Shown: positions 25,337-38,022, numbered from the stretch's first letter. The stretch is 64,000 nt of DNA from Dendrobates tinctorius (GCF_039654945.1 NW_027361688.1:4836001-4900000); one strand, 5' to 3'. A program made the numbers and translations. The notes: a model not told the origin generated them from the sequence alone.

Positions 25337-25367
25337 GGCCTTTTGGCCAAGATCAAGTGTAGTATCT
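25337..25367 (+). pseudogene. U2 snRNA fragment (nt ~11-41), cassette 1
   Basis: GGCCTTTTGGCCAAGATCAAGTGTAGTATCT versus U2 GGCCTTTTGGCTAAGATCAAGTGTAGTATCT: 30/31 identical, including the branch-point recognition sequence GTAGTA. No Sm site or 3' stem-loops follow. Confidence 0.85.
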
Positions 25368-26051
25368 TTCGAGAAGGTGGCCTTCTCCTACAACCCTAGC
25401 ACATTGATACACAATACACACTGGGCTGGTGCACTTGCTAGTACGCCTGGTCGATGGCTGATAAAGTCATCTGGTGGAAACCATGGCCCCCCAGCATCGA
25501 AGTCACTAGGCTGGGTAAGTGTGAGGACTTATGGTGCAATGTGCCCCAGGAGTGGTCGCCCTGGTGGGAGTGTGAGCTTCCTTAGAGTGAGATCCCGGGT
25601 AAGTCTTGCATTCCATAGCACGCCTCACCTAGCCTTTCATACTTTCTTCAGCACCCCACCTATTCCTGGCCTTCAGATCGGGAAGGGGAATTTTTATAAA
25701 CCCAGTCGAAGGTCAGCTTTGGGTTGAGAAACCAACACGAGACAGGTCTCCCAGCTCCACTAGGGTGAAGAGTCTGGTTGAAGCACGAAAACAGCTGTCC
25801 GATCTTGGCTAGGAAGAGCATCGAAGATCCCTGACCCTTGCTGTGGCTTTCTGGTTTATTGGGGACCCTCTCCTCCGGGAAATGTGCACATGAATCCTTG
25901 CCTTGTGTGCTGTTTTGGTGTGACTTTGGTCACATTTTTCAGAGCCCTGGATGTTGCTTCAATCAAAAAATCAGACTTCAGGGGGCAGCGACCTGGTGTT
26001 TGACGAGGGGAAGATTGCAGAGGATGAAAGCCAGAGCGGCCATTACAGTTA

Positions 26052-26351
26052 GGCTGTGTTCACACACAGCGTTTTTTTAGCGGTATTTTTAGAGGTTTTG
26101 CCTATAAAACCGCTAAAATTAAGCTTCCCATTAATTTCGCATCACGGTAAAAAACGCAGCATGCTCATTAATTTCGCGGATTTTTCCGCATTTCTGGCTA
26201 GTTCAATGCGTTTTGAAAACGCGCCGGCAAAAAAAAACGCATCAAAAACGCGCAAAAGCCGCAACGAAAATGCAAAAAAAAAAAAGGCGTGGTTTCTGGG
26301 AAGGGAGTCAGGTTTTTGAGCAGAAATTTTCTGCTGCGTGTGCACTTAGCC
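26052..26351. mobile_element. Harbinger-type MITE within the cassette (all four copies)
   Basis: TTA|GGCTGTGTTCACAC ... GTGTGCACTTAGCC|TTA. Confidence 0.65.
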
Positions 26352-26689
26352 TTAGAAGGAATCTGTAGGTATTCACACACAGCTCTGCAGTGAGATCAGG
26401 AGAGCAGACTGTCAGCCATTACATGTCTCACACTAGTAACAGCCCGTCATTTACAATAATTTCTGGAGGCAGATTGTCGGGGTGATCTATGTCCCACCCG
26501 GAGATCTTAACAGCTCATTTACATACAAGAAAAACGTGAATTTCTCTGGAATTAAACACTGGATCTCAGATATCAAGCCGTCATTTTATTCAACTTCTAT
26601 GAGCTCCATGCCCATGTAGACGGCTGCACACTGATGGATAAGTGTGCAATTCCTCCTCCCTCTCTGCAGATCCTGTCAATGAATGCTTT

Positions 26690-28633
26690 CCGGAGCAGAG
26701 AGCGTCAGAGCACACAGCAAAGACCGGAGCAGAGAGCGTCAGAGCACACAGCAAAGACCGGAGCAGAGAGCGTCAGACCACACAGCAAAGACCGGAGCAG
26801 AGAGCGTCAAAGCACACAGCAAAGACCGGAGCAGAGAGCGTCAAAGCACACAGCAAAGACCGGAGCAGAGAGCGTCAGAGCCCACAGCAAAGACCGGAGC
26901 AGAGAGCGTCAGATCACACAGCAAAGACCGGAGCAGAGAGCGTCAGATCACACAGCAAAGACCGGAGCAGAGAGCGTCAGAGCACACAGCAAAGACCGGA
27001 GCAGAGAGCGTCAAAGCACACAGCAAAGACCGGAGCAGAGAGCGTCAGAGCCCACAGCAAAGACCGGAGCAGAGAGCGTCAGAGCACACAGCAAAGACCG
27101 GAGCAGAGAGCGTCAAAGCACACAGCAAAGACCGGAGCAGAGAGCGTCAGAGCCCACAGCAAAGACCGGAGCAGAGAGCGTCAGAGCACACAGCAAAGAC
27201 CGGAGCAGAGAGCGCCAGAGCACACAGCAAAGACCGGAGCAGAGAGCGTCAAAGCACACAGCAAAGACCGGAGCAGAGAGCGTCAAAGCACACAGCAAAG
27301 ACCGGAGCAGAGAGCGTCAGAGCCCACAGCAAAGACCGGAGCAGAGAGCGTCAGATCACACAGCAAAGACCGGAGCAGAGAGCGTCAGAGCCCACAGCAA
27401 AGACCGGAGCAGAGAGCGTCAGAGCACACAGCAAAGACCGGAGCAGAGAGCGTCAGATCACACAGCAAAGACCGGAGCAGAGAGCGTCAGAGCCCACAGC
27501 AAAGACCGGAGCAGAGAGCGTCAGAGCACACAGCAAAGACCAGAGCAGAGAGCGTCAGAGCCCACAGCAAAGACCGGAGCAGAGAGCGTCAGATCACACA
27601 GCAAAGACCGGAGCAGAGAGCGTCAGCGCCCACAGCAAAGACCGGAGCAGAGAGCGTCAGAGCACACAGCAAAGACCGGAGCAGAGAGCGTCAGAGCCCA
27701 CAGCAAAGACCGGAGCAGAGAGCGTCAGATCACACAGCAAAGACCGGAGCAGAGAGCGTCAGAGCCCACAGCAAAGCACAGAGCAGAGAGCGTCAGAGCA
27801 CACAGCAAAGACCGGAGCAGAGAGCGTCAGAGCACACAGCAAAGACCGGAGCAGAGAGCGTCAGATCACACAGCAAAGACCAGAGCAGAGAGCGTCAGAG
27901 CCCACAGCAAAGACCAGAGCAGAGAGCGTCAGAGCACACAGCAAAGACCGGAGCAGAGAGCGTCAGAGCCCACAGCAAAGCACAGAGCAGAGAGCGTCAG
28001 AGCCCACAGCAAAGACCGGAGCAGAGAGCGTCAAAGCACACAGCAAAGACCGGAGCAGAGAGCGTCAGAGCCCACAGCAAAGACCGGAGCAGAGAGCGTC
28101 AGATCACACAGCAAAGACCAGAGCAGAGAGCGTCAGAGCACACAGCAAAGACCGGAGCAGAGAGCGTCAAAGCACACAGCAAAGACCGGAGCAGAGAGCG
28201 TCAGAGCCCACAGCAAAGACCGGAGCAGAGAGCGTCAGAGCACACAGCAAAGACCGGAGCAGAGAGCGTCAGAGCCCACAGCAAAGACCGGAGCAGAGAG
28301 CGTCAGAGCACACAGCAAAGACCGGAGCAGAGAGCGTCAGAGCCCACAGCAAAGACCGGAGCAGAGAGCGTCAGAGCCCACAGCAAATACCGGAGCAGAG
28401 AGCGTCAGAGCACACAGCAAAGACCGGAGCAGAGAGCGTCAGAGCCCACAGCAAAGACCGGAGCAGAGAGCGTCAGAGCCCACAGCAAAGACCGGAGCAG
28501 AGAGCGTCAGAGCCCACAGCAAAGACCGGAGCAGAGAGCGTCAGAGCCCACAGCAAAGACCGGAGCAGAGAGCGTCAGAGCACAGCAATGTCCGGAGCAG
28601 AGAGCGTCAGAGCACACAGCAAAGACCGGAGCA
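26690..28633. repeat. 34-bp minisatellite (CGGAGCAGAGAGCGTCAGAGCACACAGCAAAGAC), array 1, ~57 units
   Basis: Direct tandem repeat. Confidence 0.97.
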
Positions 28634-29729
28634 TAGAAGTGGTAGGAAGAGCTGCCGGCCAGTCCGAGCACTGCGATGCGATCGTCGTCCATGTTATACG
28701 GCCATCTGACTGCGCCTGTAGGGTGAGTGGACGCCGCCGCTTAATCTACATCCGAGAAAAACGGTCCTGTTTCGCTGATCAGACGTTGATCACTTTTTTC
28801 AAAGGTGGAGAGAAAAAAACACCAAAATGTTTGTCCACCTTCTCTGCTTTGTCAGTCTGTGAAAATCGGATGTCATCCGAGTGCGGTCCGATATTTTCCA
28901 TGGAACCATAGACTTGGATTGCTGATTTTGATCCGACACCAAAGAAAAAATTGGACATGCGCACGGCCCCATAGAATAACGTGGGTACGAATGAGAATCA
29001 CAGGGAGCACTCATCCGATATAATCGGGGGCGCGCACCAGCCCAGATGGTGACATTCCTTGGGTCAGCAGTTGCCAATATCACCTGCTTAAAAAAACATG
29101 TGAAAAAAGCAGAAATCAGCTCTCCTGTCCAGGTACACGACAAAATACTACAGTAATAGCAGTAGTCTAAACCCCAGCCGGCATTGCTTTATTAATCCAG
29201 TAGTATAAAAGGCACAAAAAATGGTTGAACACAACAGCACAAAACTGACCTGACAAAGGACCGTGAAGGTCTGAAATATGGTGCCTGCGAGCGCAGCGGA
29301 TATTTTCTGGTTTTTTTTTTCATTTTTGCACTGCTCTGTTCAACTATTTTTTGTGCCTTTTATACTACTGGATCAATAAAGCAATTCTTCTAAGAAGATG
29401 CGAGCGCCGGCTATCGTTTGGACTGTTGCTTGGAAAGATGTTTATAGCAAATTTACTTAAAAATTGCTGAAAATTAGAAACAAAAATATAGTAAATTACT
29501 TAACTTTTATTTATGAGCAAATATAACACATTAGATATTACCGGCATAGTCAATTACACCTAGAGTGAACCTCCTATATGTGGCCCCCCGGCATCAGGAG
29601 AGGCGAGGGCCCGTACACCTGCTCTGTATAAATGAGGGGCCTACACTAATCTTTAGGGATATGTTATTAAAATTATGCAAACTAGACAAATCGGCAGTAT
29701 GGGAAAAAAAAACAAAGCAATTTTTATTC

Positions 29730-30968
29730 CTACTTATAAAAACCATAAAAATTATTTTCTAGATAACCCATAGAAGTAGCTGCTATGTTTGGCATTGGTG
29801 GTTTTTGCGGAATAGTAACCTGTTTCGGTTTGGCTTCAGTCCTCTTCTTATTTTCGACAGCTGAAGCCAAAGACAATTTGTCTAATCTTATACTAAGATC
29901 GTTACTTCCCTTCACATAAAATTTTGACATTGATTCAGTCAAAATACTAAGTAATCCCATGTGTAACTTATTAGACATCACCGCCACATCCAGGTCATCT
30001 CCATCATGGGGCAGCTTATCATGTCCCCCTGTGTCCTCATCCCCTCCCTCCTTCTTAGGATCACACAAGTCACCAATATCTGGATCCTGTAGGACAGTCA
30101 GTGGATCCGTCATGTTACACAGCTCCTCAATGTGTCTCATCTTCCTGGACAGCTCGTCCTTCTTTATTTCCAGCTGATGGATCAGAGTAGACAGTGACAG
30201 CGACATCTTCTCTTCCTGCCTGGAGATCTCACTCAGGATACTCTTCTCCAGGTCGTCCACCCGTCTCCTGATGTCTGTACACAGGGCAGTCACTTTCCCC
30301 GCTTGTTCAGCTGCTTTTTCTTGAGCTTTTCTCCTCTGTTCCTCCAGACTCTTGACTTGTTCCTCAGTCTTCTTTCTCTTTGTGGTCAATTTCTGGTGAA
30401 CATTTCTCAGTTTCTCCTTCTTCTTCTCTGAGGCCTCATCCAGCGTCTCCACCCGGTGTCCTCGATGTTCTCCGGCCAGACTGCAGGACACACAGATACA
30501 AGAATCGTCCTTAGTGCAGTAATATTCCAGGATCTTCTTATGGACAGAACATTTCCTTTTCTCCAGAGAAGTGCTGGGATCAGATAAGACGTGTTCTGCT
30601 GATTTGCTGTGAACGTTTAGGTGTTTCTCACACAGAGAAGCCTCACAGTGTAGACAGGATTTCACAGCTGGTAGAGGAGAGTCCACACAGAAAGTGCAGC
30701 AGATCCCGGTGGCCTCCTTACTTGGTTCATCACGCTGGAGAGTCTTCATGATCTTACACAGAGCTAAACATCTCATCAGTGCCGGCCGCTCCTGAAACTC
30801 TTCTCTGCATTCCGGACAGGAATAAACTCCAGACCCGTCCTGTGTATCCAGCACACGATCAATACAGACCCGGCAGAAGTTGTGTCCACATCTCAGCATT
30901 ACAGGATCTGTATAAGTGCTCAGACAGATGGAGCAGTCCAGCTGTTCTCTCAGATCGGTGGACGCCAT
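29730..30968 (-). CDS. Intronless RBCC TRIM lacking PRY/SPRY, cassette copy 2 (412 aa)
   Basis: Intact ORF; differs from copy 1 by G37D, I86A, Y93F, E153K and A287T. Confidence 0.92.
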   Translation of the reverse strand: MASTDLREQLDCSICLSTYTDPVMLRCGHNFCRVCIDRVLDTQDGSGVYSCPECREEFQERPALMRCLALCKIMKTLQRDEPSKEATGICCTFCVDSPLPAVKSCLHCEASLCEKHLNVHSKSAEHVLSDPSTSLEKRKCSVHKKILEYYCTKDDSCICVSCSLAGEHRGHRVETLDEASEKKKEKLRNVHQKLTTKRKKTEEQVKSLEEQRRKAQEKAAEQAGKVTALCTDIRRRVDDLEKSILSEISRQEEKMSLSLSTLIHQLEIKKDELSRKMRHIEELCNMTDPLTVLQDPDIGDLCDPKKEGGDEDTGGHDKLPHDGDDLDVAVMSNKLHMGLLSILTESMSKFYVKGSNDLSIRLDKLSLASAVENKKRTEAKPKQVTIPQKPPMPNIAATSMGYLENNFYGFYK

Positions 30969-31148
30969 GGCTGACAGAGGAAGAAAGAACTCAAACAGGA
31001 ACTTTCTTTTTTTTTTGTGCCTCTACGAAATGGGAGGTTGGGCGGAGGGGATACTCACATTAGTCTCCACCCTTGTTAGCTGTGCTGCTACGTTGAGAAC
31101 GCAGCATACATAGGCGAAGCAACTATCGCATCAGGCTTTTCCGAGGGA

Positions 31149-31179
31149 GGCCTTTTGGCCAAGATCAAGTGTAGTATCT
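31149..31179 (+). pseudogene. U2 snRNA fragment, cassette 2
   Basis: Same 31-mer as at 25337. Confidence 0.85.
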
Positions 31180-32501
31180 TTCGAGAAGGTGGCCTTCTCC
31201 TACAACCCTAGCACATTGATACACAATACACACTGGGATGGTGCACTTGCTAGTACGCCTGGTCGATGGCTGATAAAGTCATCTGGTGGAAACCATGGCC
31301 CCCCAGCATCGAAGTCACTAGGCTGGGTAAGTGTGAGGACTTATGGTTGAATGTGCCCCAGGAGTGGTCGCCCTGGTGGGAGTGTGAGCTTCCTTAGAGT
31401 GAGATCCCGGGTAAGTCTTGCATTCCATAGCACGCCTCACCTAGCCTTTCATACTTTCTTCAGCACCCCACCTATTCCTGGCCTTCAGATCGGGAAGGGG
31501 AATTTTTATAAACCCAGTCGAAGGTCAGCTTTGGGTTGAGAAACCAACACGAGACAGGTCTCCCAGCTCCACTAGGGTGAAGAGTCTGGTTGAAGCACGA
31601 AAACAGCTGTCCGATCTTGGCTAGGAAGAGCATCGAAGATCCCTGACCCTTGCTGTGGCTTTCTGGTTTATTGGGGACCCTCTCCTCCGGGAAATGTGCA
31701 CATGAATCCTTGCCTTGTGTGCTGTTTTGGTGTGACTTTGGTCACATTTTTCAGAGCCCTGGATGTTGCTTCAATCAAAAAATCAGACTTCAGGGGGCAG
31801 CGACCTGGTGTTTGACGAGGGGAAGATTGCAGAGGATGAAAGCCAGAGCGGCCATTACAGTTAGGCTGTGTTCACACACAGCGTTTTTTTAGCGGTATTT
31901 TTAGAGGTTTTGCCTATAAAACCGCTAAAATTAAGCTTCCCATTAATTTCGCATCACGGTAAAAAACGCAGCATGCTCATTAATTTCGCGGATTTTTCCG
32001 CATTTCTGGCTAGTTCAATGCGTTTTGAAAACGCGCCGGCAAAAAAAAACGCATCAAAAACGCGCAAAAGCCGCAACGAAAATGCAAAAAAAAAAAAGGC
32101 GTGGTTTCTGGGAAGGGAGTCAGGTTTTTGAGCAGAAATTTTCTGCTGCGTGTGCACTTAGCCTTAGAAGGAATCTGTAGGTATTCACACACAGCTCTGC
32201 AGTGAGATCAGGAGAGCAGACTGTCAGCCATTACATGTCTCACACTAGTAACAGCCCGTCATTTACAATAATTTCTGGAGGCAGATTGTCGGGGAGATCT
32301 ATGTCCCACCCGGAGATCTTAACAGCTCATTTACATACAAGAAAAACGTGAATTTCTCTGGAATTAAACACTGGATCTCAGATATCAAGCCGTCATTTTA
32401 TTCAACTTCTATGAGCTCCATGCCCATGTAGACGGCTGCACACTGATGGATAAGTGTGCAATTCCTCCTCCCTCTCTGCAGATCCTGTCAATGAATGCTT
32501 T

Positions 32502-35467
32502 CCGGAGCAGAGAGCGTCAGAGCACACAGCAAAGACCGGAGCAGAGAGCGTCAGAGCACACAGCAAAGACCGGAGCAGAGAGCGTCAGAGCACACAGCAA
32601 AGACCGGAGCAGAGAGCGTCAGAGCACACAGCAAAGACCGGAGCAGAGAGCGTCAGAGCACACAGCAAAGACCGGAGCAGAGAGCGTCAGAGCCCACAGC
32701 AAAGACCGGAGCAGAGAGCGTCAAAGCACACAGCAAAGACCGGAGCAGAGAGCGTCAAAGCACACAGCAAAGACCGGAGCAGAGAGCGTCAGAGCCCACA
32801 GCAAAGACCGGAGCAGAGAGCGTCAGAGCACACAGCAAAGACCGGAGCAGAGAGCGTCAGAGCACACAGCAAAGACCGGAGCAGAGAGCGTCAGAGCACA
32901 CAGCAAAGACCGGAGCAGAGAGCGTCAGAGCACACAGCAAAGACCGGAGCAGAGAGCGTCAGAGCCCACAGCAAAGACCGGAGCAGAGAGCGTCAGAGCA
33001 CACAGCAAAGACCGGAGCAGAGAGCGTCAGAGCACACAGCAAAGACCGGAGCAGAGAGCGTCAGAGCACACAGCAAAGACCGGAGCAGAGAGCGTCAGAG
33101 CACACAGCAAAGACCGGAGCAGAGAGCGTCAAAGCACACAGCAAAGACCGGAGCAGAGAGCGTCAAAGCACACAGCAAAGACCGGAGCAGAGAGCGTCAG
33201 AGCCCACAGCAAAGACCGGAGCAGAGAGCGTCAGATCACACAGCAAAGACCGGAGCAGAGAGCGTCAGATCACACAGCAAAGACCGGAGCAGAGAGCGTC
33301 AGAGCACACAGCAAAGACCGGAGCAGAGAGCGTCAAAGCACACAGCAAAGACCGGAGCAGAGAGCGTCAGAGCCCACAGCAAAGACCGGAGCAGAGAGCG
33401 TCAGAGCACACAGCAAAGACCGGAGCAGAGAGCGTCAAAGCACACAGCAAAGACCGGAGCAGAGAGCGTCAGAGCCCACAGCAAAGACCGGAGCAGAGAG
33501 CGTCAGAGCACACAGCAAAGACCGGAGCAGAGAGCGTCAGAGCACACAGCAAAGACCGGAGCAGAGAGCGTCAAAGCACACAGCAAAGACCGGAGCAGAG
33601 AGCGTCAAAGCACACAGCAAAGACCGGAGCAGAGAGCGTCAGAGCCCACAGCAAAGACCGGAGCAGAGAGCGTCAGATCACACAGCAAAGACCGGAGCAG
33701 AGAGCGTCAGAGCCCACAGCAAAGACCGGAGCAGAGAGCGTCAGAGCACACAGCAAAGACCGGAGCAGAGAGCGTCAGATCACACAGCAAAGACCGGAGC
33801 AGAGAGCGTCAGAGCCCACAGCAAAGACCGGAGCAGAGAGCGTCAGAGCACACAGCAAAGACCGGAGCAGAGAGCGTCAGAGCCCACAGCAAAGACCGGA
33901 GCAGAGAGCGTCAGATCACACAGCAAAGACCGGAGCAGAGAGCGTCAGAGCCCACAGCAAAGACCGGAGCAGAGAGCGTCAGAGCACACAGCAAAGACCA
34001 GAGCAGAGAGCGTCAGATCACACAGCAAAGACCGGAGCAGAGAGCGTCAAAGCACACAGCAAAGACCGGAGCAGAGAGCGTCAGAGCCCACAGCAAAGAC
34101 CGGAGCAGAGAGCGTCAGAGCACACAGCAAAGACCGGAGCAGAGAGCGTCAGAGCCCACAGCAAAGACCGGAGCAGAGAGCGTCAGATCACACAGCAAAG
34201 ACCGGAGCAGAGAGCGTCAGAGCCCACAGCAAAGCACAGAGCAGAGAGCGTCAGAGCCCACAGCAAAGACCAGAGCAGAGAGCGTCAGAGCACACAGCAA
34301 AGACCGGAGCAGAGAGCGTCAGAGCCCACAGCAAAGCACAGAGCAGAGAGCGTCAGAGCACACAGCAAAGACCGGAGCAGAGAGCGTCAGAGCACACAGC
34401 AAAGACCGGAGCAGAGAGCGTCAGAGCACACAGCAAAGACCGGAGCAGAGAGCGTCAGAGCACACAGCAAAGACCGGAGCAGAGAGCGTCAGAGCACACA
34501 GCAAAGACCGGAGCAGAGAGCGTCAGATCACACAGCAAAGACCAGAGCAGAGAGCGTCAGAGCCCACAGCAAAGACCAGAGCAGAGAGCGTCAGAGCACA
34601 CAGCAAAGACCGGAGCAGAGAGCGTCAGAGCCCACAGCAAAGCACAGAGCAGAGAGCGTCAGAGCCCACAGCAAAGACCAGAGCAGAGAGCGTCAGAGCA
34701 CACAGCAAAGACCGGAGCAGAGAGCGTCAGAGCACACAGCAAAGACCGGAGCAGAGAGCGTCAGAGCACACAGCAAAGACCGGAGCAGAGAGCGTCAGAG
34801 CACACAGCAAAGACCGGAGCAGAGAGCGTCAGAGCACACAGCAAAGACCGGAGCAGAGAGCGTCAGATCACACAGCAAAGACCAGAGCAGAGAGCGTCAG
34901 AGCCCACAGCAAAGACCAGAGCAGAGAGCGTCAGAGCACACAGCAAAGACCGGAGCAGAGAGCGTCAGAGCCCACAGCAAAGCACAGAGCAGAGAGCGTC
35001 AGAGCCCACAGCAAAGACCGGAGCAGAGAGCGTCAAAGCACACAGCAAAGACCGGAGCAGAGAGCGTCAGAGCCCACAGCAAAGACCGGAGCAGAGAGCG
35101 TCAGATCACACAGCAAAGACCAGAGCAGAGAGCGTCAGAGCACACAGCAAAGACCGGAGCAGAGAGCGTCAAAGCACACAGCAAAGACCGGAGCAGAGAG
35201 CGTCAGAGCCCACAGCAAAGACCGGAGCAGAGAGCGTCAGAGCACACAGCAAAGACCGGAGCAGAGAGCGTCAGAGCCCACAGCAAAGACCGGAGCAGAG
35301 AGCGTCAGAGCACACAGCAAAGACCGGAGCAGAGAGCGTCAGAGCCCACAGCAAAGACCGGAGCAGAGAGCGTCAGAGCACACAGCAAAGACCGGAGCAG
35401 AGAGCGTCAGAGCACACAGCAAAGACCGGAGCAGAGAGCGTCAGAGCACACAGCAAAGACCGGAGCA
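32502..35467. repeat. 34-bp minisatellite array 2, ~87 units
   Basis: Direct tandem repeat. Confidence 0.97.
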
Positions 35468-36571
35468 TAGAAGTGGTAGGAAGAGCTGCCGGCCAGTCCG
35501 AGCATTGCGATGCGATCGTCGTCCATGTTATACGGCCATCTGACTGCGCCTGTAGGGTGAGTGGACGCCGCCGCTTAATCTACATCCGAGAAAAACGGTC
35601 CTGTTTTGCTGATCAGCTGATCAGACGTTGATCACTTTTTTCAAAGGTGGAGAGAAAAAAACACCAAAATGTTTGTCCACCTTCTCTGCTTTGTCAGTCT
35701 GTGAAAATCGGATGTCATCCGAGTGCGGTCCGATATTTTCCATGGAACCATAGACTTGGATTGCTGATTTTGATCCGACACCAAAGAAAAAATTGGACAT
35801 GCGCACGGCCCCATAGAATAACGTGGGTACGAGTGAGAATCACAGGGAGCACTCATCCGATATAATCGGGGGCGCGCACCAGCCCAGATGGTGACATTCC
35901 TTGGGTCAGCAGTTGCCAATATCACCTGCTTAAAAAAACATGTGAAAAAAGCAGAAATCAGCTCTCCTGTCCAGGTACACGACAAAATACTACAGTAATA
36001 GCAGTAGTCTAAACCCCAGCCGGCATTGCTTTATTAATCCAGTAGTATAAAAGGCACAAAAAATGGTTGAACACAACAGCACAAAACTGACCTGACAAAG
36101 GACCGTGAAGGTCTGAAATATGGTGCCTGCGAGCGCAGCGGATATTTTCTGGTTTTTTTTTTCATTTTTGCACTGCTCTGTTCAACTATTTTTTGTGCCT
36201 TTTATACTACTGGATCAATAAAGCAATTCTTCTAAGAAGATGCGAGCGCCGGCTATCGTTTGGACTGTTGCTTGGAAAGATGTTTATAGCAAATTTACTT
36301 AAAAATTGCTGAAAATTAGAAACAAAAATATAGTAAATTACTTAACTTTTATTTATGAGCAAATATAACACATTAGATATTACCGGCATGGTCAATTACA
36401 CCTAGAGTGAACCTCCTATATGTGGCCCCCCGGCATCAGGAGAGGCGAGGGCCCGTACACCTGCTCTGTATAAATGAGGGGCCTACACTAATCTTTAGGG
36501 ATATGTTATTAAAATTATGCAAACTAGACAAATCGGCAGTATGGGAAAAAAAAACAAAGCAATTTTTATTC

Positions 36572-37810
36572 CTACTTATAAAAACCATAAAAATTATTTT
36601 CTAGATAACCCATAGAAGTAGCTGCTATGTTTGGCATTGGTGGTTTTTGCGGAATAGTAACCTGTTTCGGTTTGGCTTCAGTCCTCTTCTTATTTTCGAC
36701 AGCTGAAGCCAAAGACAATTTGTCTAATCTTATACTAAGATCGTTACTTCCCTTCACATAAAATTTTGACATTGATTCAGTCAAAATACTAAGTAATCCC
36801 ATGTGTAACTTATTAGACATCACCGCCACATCCAGGTCATCTCCATCATGGGGCAGCTTATCATGTCCCCCTGTGTCCTCATCCCCTCCCTCCTTCTTAG
36901 GATCACACAAGTCACCAGTGTCTGGTTCCTGTAGGACAGTCAGTGGATCCGTCATGTTACACAGCTCCTCAATGTGTCTCATCTTCCTGGACAGCTCGTC
37001 CTTCTTTATTTCCAGCTGATGGATCAGAGTAGACAGTGACAGCGACATCTTCTCTTCCTGCCTGGAGATCTCACTCAGGATACTCTTCTCCAGGTCGTCC
37101 ACCCGTCTCCTGATGTCTGTACACAGGGCAGTCACTTTCCCCGCTTGTTCAGCTGCTTTTTCTTGAGCTTTTCTCCTCTGTTCCTCCAGACTCTTGACTT
37201 GTTCCTCAGTCTTCTTTCTCTTTGTGGTCAATTTCTGGTGAACATTTCTCAGTTTCTCCTTCTTCTTCTCTGAGGCCTCATCCAGCGTCTCCACCCGGTG
37301 TCCTCGATGTTCTCCGGCCAGACTGCAGGACACACAGATACAAGAATCGTCCTCAGTGCAGTAATATTCCAGGATCTTCTTATGGACAGAACATTTCCTT
37401 TTCTCCAGAGAAGTGCTGGGATCAGATAAGACGTGTTCTGCTGATTTGCTGTGAACGTTTAGGTGTTTCTCACACAGAGAAGCCTCACAGTGTAGACAGG
37501 ATTTCACAGCTGGTAGAGGAGAGTCCACACAGTAAGTGCAGCAGATCCCAGTGATCTCCTTACTTGGTTCATCACGCTGGAGAGTCTTCATGATCTTACA
37601 CAGAGCTAAACATCTCATCAGTGCCGGCCGCTCCTGAAACTCTTCTCTGCATTCCGGACAGGAATAAACTCCAGACCCGTCCTGTGTATCCAGCACACGA
37701 TCAATACAGACCCGGCAGAAATTGTGTCCACATCTCAGCATTACAGGATCTGTATAAGTGCTCAGACAGATGGAGCAGTCCAGCTGTTCTCTCAGATCGG
37801 TGGACGCCAT
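36572..37810 (-). CDS. Intronless RBCC TRIM lacking PRY/SPRY, cassette copy 3 (412 aa)
   Basis: Intact ORF; differs from copy 1 by G37D, A287T, D295E and I298T. Confidence 0.92.
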   Translation of the reverse strand: MASTDLREQLDCSICLSTYTDPVMLRCGHNFCRVCIDRVLDTQDGSGVYSCPECREEFQERPALMRCLALCKIMKTLQRDEPSKEITGICCTYCVDSPLPAVKSCLHCEASLCEKHLNVHSKSAEHVLSDPSTSLEKRKCSVHKKILEYYCTEDDSCICVSCSLAGEHRGHRVETLDEASEKKKEKLRNVHQKLTTKRKKTEEQVKSLEEQRRKAQEKAAEQAGKVTALCTDIRRRVDDLEKSILSEISRQEEKMSLSLSTLIHQLEIKKDELSRKMRHIEELCNMTDPLTVLQEPDTGDLCDPKKEGGDEDTGGHDKLPHDGDDLDVAVMSNKLHMGLLSILTESMSKFYVKGSNDLSIRLDKLSLASAVENKKRTEAKPKQVTIPQKPPMPNIAATSMGYLENNFYGFYK

Positions 37811-37991
37811 GGCTGACAGAGGAAGAAAGAACTCAAACAGGAACTTTCTTTTTTTTTTTGTGCCTCTACGAAATGGGAGGTTGGGCGGAGGGGATACTCA
37901 CATTAGTCTCCACCCTTGTTAGCTGTGCTGCTACGTTGAGAACGCAGCATACATAGGCGAAGCAACTATCGCATCAGGCTTTTCCGAGGGA

Positions 37992-38022
37992 GGCCTTTTG
38001 GCCAAGATCAAGTGTAGTATCT
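37992..38022 (+). pseudogene. U2 snRNA fragment, cassette 3
   Basis: Same 31-mer as at 25337. Confidence 0.85.

Noticed and set aside
25337-25530. Functional U2 snRNA gene array
   Set aside because: Only ~31 nt match; the U2 5' end, Sm site and 3' stem-loops are absent.
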